Both the position numbers and the translations under genes were made by a program. 29,191 nt of DNA from contig JBGSTX010000325.1 in the NCBI GenBank assembly GCA_041736305.1, forward strand, positions 1-29,191, written 5' to 3'. The first letter of the stretch is position 1, and each line of letters opens with the position of its first letter. This DNA comes from Oligoflexus sp. GTDB lineage: Bacteria; Bdellovibrionota_B; Oligoflexia; Oligoflexales; Oligoflexaceae. Of this stretch, positions 19,738 through 28,072 are shown in pieces. The notes under the pieces are model-generated. The model did no database searches. It had not been told where the DNA came from and saw nothing but the letters and a program-made list of their open reading frames with translations.

Positions 19738-20633
19738 CAACGCTGGCCCCCTAAGCTCGGATTCCACTCTACAACTGCATTACCGGTACCGATCACTGTT
19801 CCATAAGCGTGCACTTCGGCTCTGTAAGTTGGGACCCCCAAGGCTTCAAGCATCCAAGCTAGGCCTCCTGCTTTGGTTTCGGAACTGGCCATATCGATAA
19901 ACTCAGGCATGATGTCGAGCAATTCCCGACACTGCCCCTTGCGCATCATGTCCAGAACTTTCATATCCCACAGATACTGGCCGTGGTGATGAATCCGCTC
20001 ATAGGCCATGTCTTCGGGGATATCAGGTTCGTGCACAAAATGCCGGTGGGATAATGAGGAAGAAGCCAGTAGAACGCAGCGCTTACCTGATTCACTTATA
20101 GCAGCAGCGGTCGCCCGTCCCAGGGAAGCGGCCAGCTCTCCTCCGATTTCATTTGAGAAGTAAAAAGCCGCCTGATTTGCCGACAGGAGGACTACGGGTA
20201 TATCCCAGTCTGGGTTAATCATATGCAGACTGATGATACTGCCATAGTCCAAGCGAAAATCTGGGTTTGTGACTACGCTCGTCGCCATGCCGGCTCGCTC
20301 GCAGGCAGCGCGGATACCGAGCGAAAGCTCGACATCCACGGCTACATCGTAGTGATAGCGAAAGAGATGCGGGAATATCGGATCTACCGAGAGGCCCTGG
20401 AATCGAGGGAGTCCCAGAAAATGCTGTCCTACATAAGTCGGCCAGTGGGGTGAATGGACAATCAAGACGTCGGGTGCGAGAGCCTTGATATTCTTCCTGC
20501 AACGTTCGTAACCCCAGCGCAGCATTTCCCAACCGCACTCGGCGCGAGCTTCATTTTGCGCTGGATTGTCGGCATACACCAAGTGAGGTGGATGCGGAGC
20601 TAAAACGCCAGCGATGATTTCGCCTTTGGCCAT
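19737..20633 (-). CDS. amnB: 2-aminophenol 1,6-dioxygenase beta (catalytic) subunit, LigB-family extradiol dioxygenase
   Basis: GEIIAG.LAPHPPHLVY..NP.QNE, GWE.LRW.YER, VHSPHW, SVDPIFP, DYG, LSH.HF..EP.IPEDM and YGTVIGTGNAV.EWN are near-diagnostic for AmnB/CnbCb. The Fe-ligand His/His/Glu positions are retained. Start at ATG 20633 with a GGGGAG RBS. Confidence 0.93.
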   Translation of the reverse strand: MAKGEIIAGVLAPHPPHLVYADNPAQNEARAECGWEMLRWGYERCRKNIKALAPDVLIVHSPHWPTYVGQHFLGLPRFQGLSVDPIFPHLFRYHYDVAVDVELSLGIRAACERAGMATSVVTNPDFRLDYGSIISLHMINPDWDIPVVLLSANQAAFYFSNEIGGELAASLGRATAAAISESGKRCVLLASSSLSHRHFVHEPDIPEDMAYERIHHHGQYLWDMKVLDMMRKGQCRELLDIMPEFIDMASSETKAGGLAWMLEALGVPTYRAEVHAYGTVIGTGNAVVEWNPSLGGQR

Positions 20634-20644
20634 GGTTTCTCCCT

Positions 20645-22090
20645 TTAAATCTGCAAGCAAATATTCTTCTCTTCCGTGTAGAATTCAATCGAATGACGAC
20701 CGCCTTCGCGACCAATTCCAGACGCCTTCATCCCTCCGAAGGGGACCCGAAGGTCGCGGTTCATCCAGGTGTTGACCCAAACTTGAGCTGCTTCGATGTC
20801 ACGGGCTGCCCGATGGGCGGTATTGATATTTTGCGTCCAGATACTGGTTGCAAGGCCGTAACGAGTCTGATTGGCAAGCTGGATGGCTTCCTCGTAGGTC
20901 CGGAAACTACTGACTGTGACTACGGGACCAAAGACTTCTTCTTGGATGATTTCAGCGCTTTGATCGCTCACCAGCAAAACCGTGGGTTGAAAATAATAGC
21001 CTCCCTCGAGCTCCCCTTCCAACGAAAGCCGCTTACCTCCTGTCAATAACTTCCCCTGTCCGTCAGCCGTAGCACGCGAGATATATCCTTCCACTTTCTC
21101 TAGATGCTCCTGGCTTACAAGCGGTCCCATGAAAGTAGCCGATTTTTGGGGGTCCCCCACTTTGAGATTCTGGGCAGCAGCTACGAAAGCTTCAGAAAAG
21201 CGAGGCAGAAGGCTCTCTTCAACCAAAAGGCGCGAGGTGCAGAGGCAGATCTCTCCCTGGTTGAGGAAGCTTGAACGAAGACTGCCCCGCAGAGCAGCTT
21301 CCAAGTCGCAGTCCGCAAAAATAAGACCTGGATTCTTGCCGCCTAATTCAAAACTCAATTTTTTGTAAAAGGGCGCAGCTCGCTTGCCGATGCGAGCTGC
21401 GGTATCCGTTCCACCTGTGAAAGAAATAAGAGGCACGAGAGGGTGCGCAACCAAAGCATCACCGGCAGTTTCCCCTCGGCCAAAGACGATATTGCAAACA
21501 CCGGGCGGGATACCTGCGCTATTGAAAAGCTCGGCCAGCATGAAGGCTGTCATGGGAGTTAGCTCAGATGGTTTAGCGACCACAGTGTTCCCTGTGGCCA
21601 GAGCAGGAGCTATCTTCCACGTGAGCAGATAGAGGGGCAAATTCCATGGAGAAATGAGGCCTGCCACGCCAAGCGGCTGCCGCATTGTATAGTTGATGAT
21701 TTCAGGCGAAGTCTGAAACGCAGCTTCTTCCTGATGCAGGATTGCGCCGGCGAAAAAGCGAAAATTTTCGATGGCCCTTGGGATATCGACCATCCTAGCT
21801 AGCTCGATTGGTTTACCCTGGTCGCGGCTTTCTGCTTCTGCAAAAGCTTCGCTGCGCTCTTCAATGAGAGCCGCCAAGCGCAGTAGTATCGCAGCCCGTT
21901 CCTGGCGTTTGAGATTCTTCCAACTGCAGAATGCGCGAGCTGCTGCCTTCACAGCCGCTTCGACATCCTCCGCAGTGGAGTCGGGAAGACGACTATAGGC
22001 TTTTCCATCTCGAGGACAGTAATTATCGAGATATCTTCCATTCAATGGAGGAGACATCCGACCGTCAATGAAGTTGGCTATTGCTTCCAT
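20645..22090 (-). CDS. amnC: 2-aminomuconate 6-semialdehyde dehydrogenase (ALDH8/HMSDH family)
   Basis: [47 protein letters not shown], catalytic [10 protein letters not shown], and W..RDLR.PFGG.K.SG.GREGG..S. Confidence 0.9.
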   Translation of the reverse strand: MEAIANFIDGRMSPPLNGRYLDNYCPRDGKAYSRLPDSTAEDVEAAVKAAARAFCSWKNLKRQERAAILLRLAALIEERSEAFAEAESRDQGKPIELARMVDIPRAIENFRFFAGAILHQEEAAFQTSPEIINYTMRQPLGVAGLISPWNLPLYLLTWKIAPALATGNTVVAKPSELTPMTAFMLAELFNSAGIPPGVCNIVFGRGETAGDALVAHPLVPLISFTGGTDTAARIGKRAAPFYKKLSFELGGKNPGLIFADCDLEAALRGSLRSSFLNQGEICLCTSRLLVEESLLPRFSEAFVAAAQNLKVGDPQKSATFMGPLVSQEHLEKVEGYISRATADGQGKLLTGGKRLSLEGELEGGYYFQPTVLLVSDQSAEIIQEEVFGPVVTVSSFRTYEEAIQLANQTRYGLATSIWTQNINTAHRAARDIEAAQVWVNTWMNRDLRVPFGGMKASGIGREGGRHSIEFYTEEKNICLQI

Positions 22091-23126
22091 AATTATCCTG
22101 CCAGCCTTTCACGTAAGAGTCAGCTTGATAGTACCAGCGATCCTGATCGGGATCCCACTCGTCCCACGCTTGAATGTCTTGCATGCGATGTCTGAGCGAA
22201 GGCGGGATGAGTTCGCTCACGATAAAAGCTTTCTGTCTTTCCAGTGGATAAGGATTACGAAGCTCAAAACCTAAAACTCCAAGTACCCAGCGTGCAACAT
22301 ACCAGGTCGCGCGGGGGTCCCAACCATGAGCGATCTTGATGACCACGCCGAGACCTTCTGGATAATCAGGATGGAGAAGACTCAGTCCGAGCAAGCCGTC
22401 GGCACCTTCTTTAGCAATCACCTTACCCGCGCAAGATTTCAAAATGGTCGAATCCAGTCGATTGAAGCCACCGATATGATCGGGATACTGCACCATCGAC
22501 TCCCAGATCCAATCTTCATCCTTTCGTACAGCCAGATCAGCAAAGAGCGCGGCTAACTCATTGACTGTCATACCTATCGTTGGCAAACCACAGCCGTCTT
22601 TAGCGACGATATTATGAGTCGGCGGAGCGCCTAAAATTTCATTTACCTTTTCAAGATAGAGCTGGTGAAATGGATGCTGGGGTAGAGTGTAGCCCACCCG
22701 CGGCCAATGCTTCAGGGCACAGGCGCGGATGATGGCAGCGTGTTTCCCCGAACAGCTATGGTACCAGCGCCTTGGACGACGCAGCTGCTTGCCGAATTGC
22801 ATGAGAGGTAGAGCATGGGGGGTCTGAAGTAGACCGTATTCGGATGGCTTCAGGATATCTTTCACGGCTTCAATATGTATAGGTTCCGCGTTGTGTGACG
22901 CGATTGATACGGCCTTGGAGCTTGGGCTGAGATGAGGATCGAGATCTTTGGCTAGAACCTTGATCTGGACCGGCTTCATCATGGAGCGTCCATAGCAGAG
23001 GACATTCCCACCATAAGAATGGTAGAGATTCTTGCCTTTAAACCAAGCTATCGCCCCATATACTGTGACTTCAGGTACACCATTGCGCCGGTAATCGACG
23101 AGGGGCACCCAGGAATTCTCATGCAT
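22065..23126 (-). CDS. Class 3 (Rhizobium etli-type, Asparaginase_II) asparaginase homologue
   Basis: Class 3 motifs RSMMKP, ASH, SCSGKH, DGCGLP and AKEGADG. Start is ATG 23126 or 23135. The 3' end overlaps the ALDH start by 26 nt. Confidence 0.85.
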   Translation of the reverse strand: MHENSWVPLVDYRRNGVPEVTVYGAIAWFKGKNLYHSYGGNVLCYGRSMMKPVQIKVLAKDLDPHLSPSSKAVSIASHNAEPIHIEAVKDILKPSEYGLLQTPHALPLMQFGKQLRRPRRWYHSCSGKHAAIIRACALKHWPRVGYTLPQHPFHQLYLEKVNEILGAPPTHNIVAKDGCGLPTIGMTVNELAALFADLAVRKDEDWIWESMVQYPDHIGGFNRLDSTILKSCAGKVIAKEGADGLLGLSLLHPDYPEGLGVVIKIAHGWDPRATWYVARWVLGVLGFELRNPYPLERQKAFIVSELIPPSLRHRMQDIQAWDEWDPDQDRWYYQADSYVKGWQDNYGSNSQLH

Positions 23127-23136
23127 ATCCCACATC

Positions 23137-24369
23137 CTAGGCCAGCAAAGGCCTGGTTTTACGCCAAAAAGCTTCCATACTGGCTTTTACAGCTCGATTG
23201 TCGTGATTGTTAAAGTCGAACCAGAGCATGAGTCGATCATCGGCATGGTACTTCGATCGAAGCTGTTCAGCGACATCCGTTGGATTTCCATAAACAGCAT
23301 TCTCAACGGCTTCACTTACTTTGCGCGGATCGAGGGTGCCTTCCACTGCGTGCCAATAGTTCTCGATCGCCTTCCTAGCGGCAGCTTTCGCGTGTAGCCT
23401 TTGCTCTTCCTGGGACAGATGCTCGTCGCCGTTGATGAAAATCAAAGCGGTGCGAGGCATATAGCTTCGATGCCAAGGCCCTCCGTCGGGATGATAGCAG
23501 CGCCGCATTCTTTCGTGGGTGGCTTCTATAATTGTGCTCGGCGTGATGGAAAGATTGAAAACCCAGCTCGGGAAATAGCGATTGGCCAGCTCCTGCACGG
23601 CCGGATCATGCGATCCTGCAACAAGTTGTAGAAGCTTAAGGGGGGCTTGGAAAGGAATGACTCCTAAGCGGTCGAAAGTCCAGAAGGAGGGAATTACTAT
23701 CGCTTCGGACTCCTCTTGCCTTGCATATTTTGCATTTTGATTGGCCGCGACGATTGTCTCCCATGTAGTCGCGTCTCTAATCGCTTCTTTCTTCAGGATC
23801 ATGGCTTCGATGTCATCCGATCCAAAAGGTTTTGAACCGAGAGCACGCAGAAATATTTCGGTCGCACTTTGAAAGATCAGCCCCTTGATCGGCCCCCAGG
23901 CAAGCTCTTCCAGCTGATTGCGGGGTTTGATTCCATAAGGCTGGTTGGAAAAAGGAAAACGCCCTGCGGCGAAGCCCAAGAAAATCTTGCGAGTCTCGGC
24001 AACGTCCAGACTTTGCAAAGTGAGAAACGTTTTGAGTGCCTCTGCATGCGCTAAGGGGCCACCGTTACACAGTATATTGCGGATTGCCGAACCCACCTGG
24101 ATTCGTTTGGTCCTCTGAAAAATTTTGTGGGCCAGCTGCAGAATGTCGGTGTTGAGACCGATTTCACCCTTAAACTGAGGAATGACCGCCCCTGGGTTGA
24201 GCTTCTGCACTTCGCATGAAAGATGGGACTCCGCGACCCATGCGGTTTCAAATCCAAGTCGGTCAGCGAGTTGGAGCTGATCAAAAAAATTTTCGAACAT
24301 CTCTTTCTCGCTGGGTATGACGGCATCAACCTCAGTCTGGCAGATCGAAAAAAAGACATCGAAGTTCAT
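23137..24369 (-). CDS. Luciferase-like (LLM class) flavin-dependent monooxygenase
   Basis: Q..LAD.LGF.TAWVAESH, RTKRIQVGSAI, LGFAAGR and C-terminal GNP.DVAEQL follow the LuxA-family TIM-barrel pattern. ATGA overlap with the SDR stop. Confidence 0.85.
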   Translation of the reverse strand: MNFDVFFSICQTEVDAVIPSEKEMFENFFDQLQLADRLGFETAWVAESHLSCEVQKLNPGAVIPQFKGEIGLNTDILQLAHKIFQRTKRIQVGSAIRNILCNGGPLAHAEALKTFLTLQSLDVAETRKIFLGFAAGRFPFSNQPYGIKPRNQLEELAWGPIKGLIFQSATEIFLRALGSKPFGSDDIEAMILKKEAIRDATTWETIVAANQNAKYARQEESEAIVIPSFWTFDRLGVIPFQAPLKLLQLVAGSHDPAVQELANRYFPSWVFNLSITPSTIIEATHERMRRCYHPDGGPWHRSYMPRTALIFINGDEHLSQEEQRLHAKAAARKAIENYWHAVEGTLDPRKVSEAVENAVYGNPTDVAEQLRSKYHADDRLMLWFDFNNHDNRAVKASMEAFWRKTRPLLA

Positions 24370-25151
24370 AGGCTCCCCGTGCGCCCACCATCGATGGGTA
24401 GGTTTATTCCATTTATGTAGGCGGCCATGTCTGACGAAAGAAACGTGCAGGCATAAGCTAGTTCCCTAACTTCTGCAAAGCGCCGAGCCGGGATTTCAGC
24501 TTTCATCAGCGTCTCAAGCTCTTCTCGAGTTTTTTGCGTTCTGCTCATCTGCCTGCCGATAATTTGCTCGAGCCGATCCGTGACCGTGAAGCCAGGCAAG
24601 ACATTATTTACGGTAATCCCATAGGGACCTAATTCATAAGCTAGGGTCTTGGCCCAATTTGCTACAGCCCCTCTCACTGTATTGGAGACTCCGAGTCCGG
24701 GTATGGGAACTTTGACGGAAGTAGAAATGATATTAATGATACGTCCAAATCGACGCTCTTTCATGCCCGGTGCCAAAGCTTGGACGAGCAAAGTGGGGGT
24801 AAGGAGATGCTGATGGAAAGCAGTCTCCAGCTCTTCGACGCCCGCATCTAACAAAGGACCAGGGGGCGGCCCTCCACCGTTGCAGAGCAGAATATCAACA
24901 TCGCCGCCTATGTCAGCAATTACATGTTTAACTTCATCTAGCTTACTGAAGTCGCAAGCTATCGCGCGGTGCTTTCCTTTACTGCCAGGGAGACCTGCAC
25001 ATGTTTCCTGAAGCTCTGCACTAGGTCTAGCCAGAAGTGTCAATCGCGCACCGGTTTTAGCAAAAGCTTCAGCACAGGCTCGACCAATTCCCTTTGAACC
25101 TCCGCAAATAAGAGCGTGTTTACCCGCCAAGGTTTCGGAAGAAAAATCCAT
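24366..25151 (-). CDS. Atypical short-chain dehydrogenase/reductase (SNxxR in place of YxxxK)
   Basis: ALICGGSKGIGRA, DILLCNGGGP, GRIINIIS, SNTVRGA, GITVNNVLPG and YINGINLPIDGG. Start placed at ATG 25151 because it has a GAGG RBS and a promoter lies inside the longer ORF-track extension. Confidence 0.87.
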   Translation of the reverse strand: MDFSSETLAGKHALICGGSKGIGRACAEAFAKTGARLTLLARPSAELQETCAGLPGSKGKHRAIACDFSKLDEVKHVIADIGGDVDILLCNGGGPPPGPLLDAGVEELETAFHQHLLTPTLLVQALAPGMKERRFGRIINIISTSVKVPIPGLGVSNTVRGAVANWAKTLAYELGPYGITVNNVLPGFTVTDRLEQIIGRQMSRTQKTREELETLMKAEIPARRFAEVRELAYACTFLSSDMAAYINGINLPIDGGRTGSL

Positions 25152-25187
25152 CGCTAGCCTCATCATCAAAGGGCATAAAGTGCTGAG

Positions 25188-25216
25188 GTTATACCGATCC
25201 ACTTCCGAACTTGCAA
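25188..25216 (-). promoter_or_regulatory. Sigma70-type promoter for the 7-gene catabolic operon
   Basis: Minus strand reads TTGCAA (25216-25211), a 17 nt spacer, then TATAAC (25193-25188), about 37 nt upstream of ATG 25151. Confidence 0.65.
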
Positions 25217-25451
25217 TCTGCGACTTCGCCAGAAACTTGATTAGCACCACATCCTATGAAACAACAGAAGAAGGGTCGCTCATATTCACCGTCAAAGCGG
25301 AGAGGTTACTGCGGCCTTTCGGTGAAAATTTTGTCCTTTGCATCGCTCGTTTTTCCTGCTTCGTATCCGATCCAGAGTTTCCCAGTCAATATTTATGAGT
25401 CAAAGCTCTGAAAAAAACGGGTTCGGTCTTTGAAGGAAAAAGGAAAATGAA

Positions 25452-26690
25452 ATGACTCAGGGGTCCGGAAGTGCAAGTGCGCTCAGTGTCCAGATTTTAG
25501 CGTCTTCTACGGAGACTGCTACAGACGCCGTCAAGATTCTACGTGAAGCCGCCTTACCCTATCAGATTTTTGAAAAATCAGAAGATCTCCTGCAAGCTCT
25601 CGAAGCAAGTCCCGGGGTCTTGCTCTTTGTAGAGAATGTGCTCGATGAAGATCTGCTCAAAAAGCTCAGGGTGAGACTAGCAAATCAAGCTGCCTGGTCA
25701 GACATTCCCGTCATTGTTACTCGCAAAATTTTTGCCTCGGAATCCACGAAGCCGACTCCTTGCCAAATACTTACAGCCTTGAATAACGTCACCATACTCG
25801 AAGGTTCTTTAACTTTCATAACCTTGCTGAGCGTCGTGCGCACAGCTTTAGCAGCAAGGAAAAAGCAACTAGAGATCAGGAACTTGATCGAAAGAGAGCG
25901 TGCTATTCGACAGACCGTGGAACAGACGAGTCGTATCAAAGATGAATTTCTCGCTACCCTATCCCACGAGCTGCAGACACCTCTCAATGCAATAGTAGGA
26001 TACTCCGAACTGCTGCCTCTAGAAGATCCGAACTCACCGGCTTTTTCCGAGGCAATTGAACAGATCAACCGCAATGCCCACATTCAGTCTCAGTTGATCA
26101 ACGACATCCTCGATCTTTCTAACATCATTACAGGCAAGCTCGGCCTGAGGGTTGAGCCGGTTTGTATCAAAGAACTCGTCAATGACGTCATTAGAGGGTT
26201 TCGCTGCGCGGCTAAAGCTAAGAGTCTGTGCCTGCACGTAGATCTCGACGAAGCTAAATCCATTCTTTTGGCTGACGCATCAAGGCTACGTCAGGTCATA
26301 TGGAACCTGTTTTCTAACGCTATCAAATTCACTCCAGAACATGGCCACATCTGGATTTCTCTCCGCGAGGAAGACGAGCATCAACGCCTTACCATCAGCG
26401 ATACAGGTAAGGGAATCGAGCATGAGTTTCTGCCTTTTGTATTCGACTTATTTCGCCAGCAGGAGGCTGGCTTCAATCGCACTTTCGGCGGCTTGGGTCT
26501 TGGTCTTTCTATTGTCAGGCACTTGGTCGAAGCTCACGGGGGCGAGGTTCATGCCCAAAGCCGTGGCCGCGGGGAAGGGGCAAGTTTTACGATCGTGCTT
26601 CCCGTCCTACACAAAGAGTCAAGCGCACCTCTCCTCTATGAATCACTGCAAAAAAGCGACGATCACGACGCAGGTTTCACGCTTTACTAG
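25452..26690 (+). CDS. Cytoplasmic sensor histidine kinase (degenerate receiver-like N-terminus, HisKA, HATPase_c)
   Basis: H-box FLATLSHELQTPLNAI, N-box RLRQVIWNLFSNAIKFT, G1 DTGKGI, F-box FDLFRQ and G2 GGLGLGL. No transmembrane segment. Confidence 0.92.
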   Translation: MTQGSGSASALSVQILASSTETATDAVKILREAALPYQIFEKSEDLLQALEASPGVLLFVENVLDEDLLKKLRVRLANQAAWSDIPVIVTRKIFASESTKPTPCQILTALNNVTILEGSLTFITLLSVVRTALAARKKQLEIRNLIERERAIRQTVEQTSRIKDEFLATLSHELQTPLNAIVGYSELLPLEDPNSPAFSEAIEQINRNAHIQSQLINDILDLSNIITGKLGLRVEPVCIKELVNDVIRGFRCAAKAKSLCLHVDLDEAKSILLADASRLRQVIWNLFSNAIKFTPEHGHIWISLREEDEHQRLTISDTGKGIEHEFLPFVFDLFRQQEAGFNRTFGGLGLGLSIVRHLVEAHGGEVHAQSRGRGEGASFTIVLPVLHKESSAPLLYESLQKSDDHDAGFTLY

Positions 26691-26821
26691 GTCATTACAT
26701 TGCTAGAAAAATACCTCAGCTTATTAGGCGCGCGACATATTGCACCTGAAGCTGATCGAGGGTAAGATAAGGAGGCACAAATAAAAAATAAAAAGTAAAC
26801 ATGACTTAAGTAGGCCAACGG

Positions 26822-27805
26822 ATGGCGCAGAGCTTTCGTTCCTCTCCCCTTTCCTTTGCTTTTGACCTCTCTATTCAGAAATACTTCCCTAGTCTGCTCT
26901 CTTTGCTAGTACTAGCTGTTTTTTTTACACTGCCAGTTCCAAAAAAGCCCTTGGACTCCCTGAAGAGTGTCTTCGGCACCGACGACCGCCGTGAACTCGA
27001 ACTCAGTCATACTCCGTTCGGAGCCATTGGTAGAATCGAGCTCCAAGCCCCCGGCATCATCCCATGGCTGAATGCCAAGGGAACCCCTATCTGCACGGGT
27101 ACGCTCGTCAGCCGTGATCTAGTTCTCACCAATTCCCACTGCCTTCTAGATCGAGAAACAGGGCAGCTCACAAGCAAGACCGTGTGGTTTCGGCCTTCTT
27201 TTGGCAAGGAAAAAGCTGATGTCGGGGCGCGTGCTGTCAAAGTTTGGATGGGCACTTTGCACCCGTCGCGAGAGCGGGCTCATGATTGGGCTCTGATTAA
27301 AATCGATCAGCCTTTCGGTGAGACCTATGGTTGGCTCGACTTTGCCCCACTTTGGGAAGACCTCCCCTTTAGTTCGAGCTCGGTCTCTTTTATCGCCTAT
27401 GCAACGGACTATAGAGACGGGGGGGTACCGATCATTCATTCTGATTGTCGTCTCACCGCTTTCGATAGTCGGGGCTCCTATTTTCGCCACGACTGTGACA
27501 TGAATGCAGGATCTTCGGGAGGACCTCTGCTCAGATTTAGTGCTGGAAAACCTTATATTCTAGCTATAAATGCTGCTCATGTTACTCCAGCAGCCGTGAG
27601 CTACCTCGCTACTTTTTCTCCTCAGTTCGCCAATATCGCAATTGGCTCGACTCGATTTGCCGGTCTTATCGAAGCTCTCCGCAAAGATGTCGCCATCGCT
27701 GACATTTCTTCGATTAGAACTTTCGATCTCAAGACTGATGGAGACAACCCAAGTCTTGAACCTGAAACCTCAGCCTCGACTCTTAGCTCTCCACCGGCTC
27801 ACTGA
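26822..27805 (+). CDS. Secreted or anchored trypsin-like (V8/glutamyl endopeptidase-type) serine protease
   Basis: Hydrophobic N-terminal segment and VFGTDDR. Triad motifs CTGTLVSRDLVLTNSHC (His), DWALI (Asp) and CDMNAGSSGGP (Ser). Confidence 0.88.
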   Translation: MAQSFRSSPLSFAFDLSIQKYFPSLLSLLVLAVFFTLPVPKKPLDSLKSVFGTDDRRELELSHTPFGAIGRIELQAPGIIPWLNAKGTPICTGTLVSRDLVLTNSHCLLDRETGQLTSKTVWFRPSFGKEKADVGARAVKVWMGTLHPSRERAHDWALIKIDQPFGETYGWLDFAPLWEDLPFSSSSVSFIAYATDYRDGGVPIIHSDCRLTAFDSRGSYFRHDCDMNAGSSGGPLLRFSAGKPYILAINAAHVTPAAVSYLATFSPQFANIAIGSTRFAGLIEALRKDVAIADISSIRTFDLKTDGDNPSLEPETSASTLSSPPAH

Positions 27806-28072
27806 GCGAAAATTCTTAAATATCTTTAAAGCATGGAACTGATTTTGCATCAAACTCGATAGTGCATGTGCAGACCTGCAAGTCGCATTCGAGCCACCAA
27901 CATGCCTAAAGGAGTTTAATACAGCTGCTTCGACGCGGAATACGAGGAAATCTTGAGACGAGAAACGCTTTTCAAAGATCATTACTTTTAGCGAACTACT
28001 TGCTCTAGATTATCTATACACCAGAAGTTCCAATAGTTTAGATAGCTTGCCTCTTACGTCAAGATCTCTAGA

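Noticed and set aside
19738-19767. ORF-track start of the amnA fusion at 19767 (and of amnB at 20660)
   Set aside because: Both extend into the upstream gene. The coupled or RBS-supported ATGs at 19737 and 20633 match the N-termini of known homologues.
25152-25250. ORF-track N-terminal extension of the SDR, or a Trp leader peptide
   Set aside because: The extension contains the predicted promoter, has no Trp codons and has no SDR similarity. ATG 25151 has a good RBS.
25180-25398. 72 aa plus-strand ORF in the divergent intergenic region
   Set aside because: No RBS or recognisable motif, and it overlaps the operon promoter. Likely spurious.
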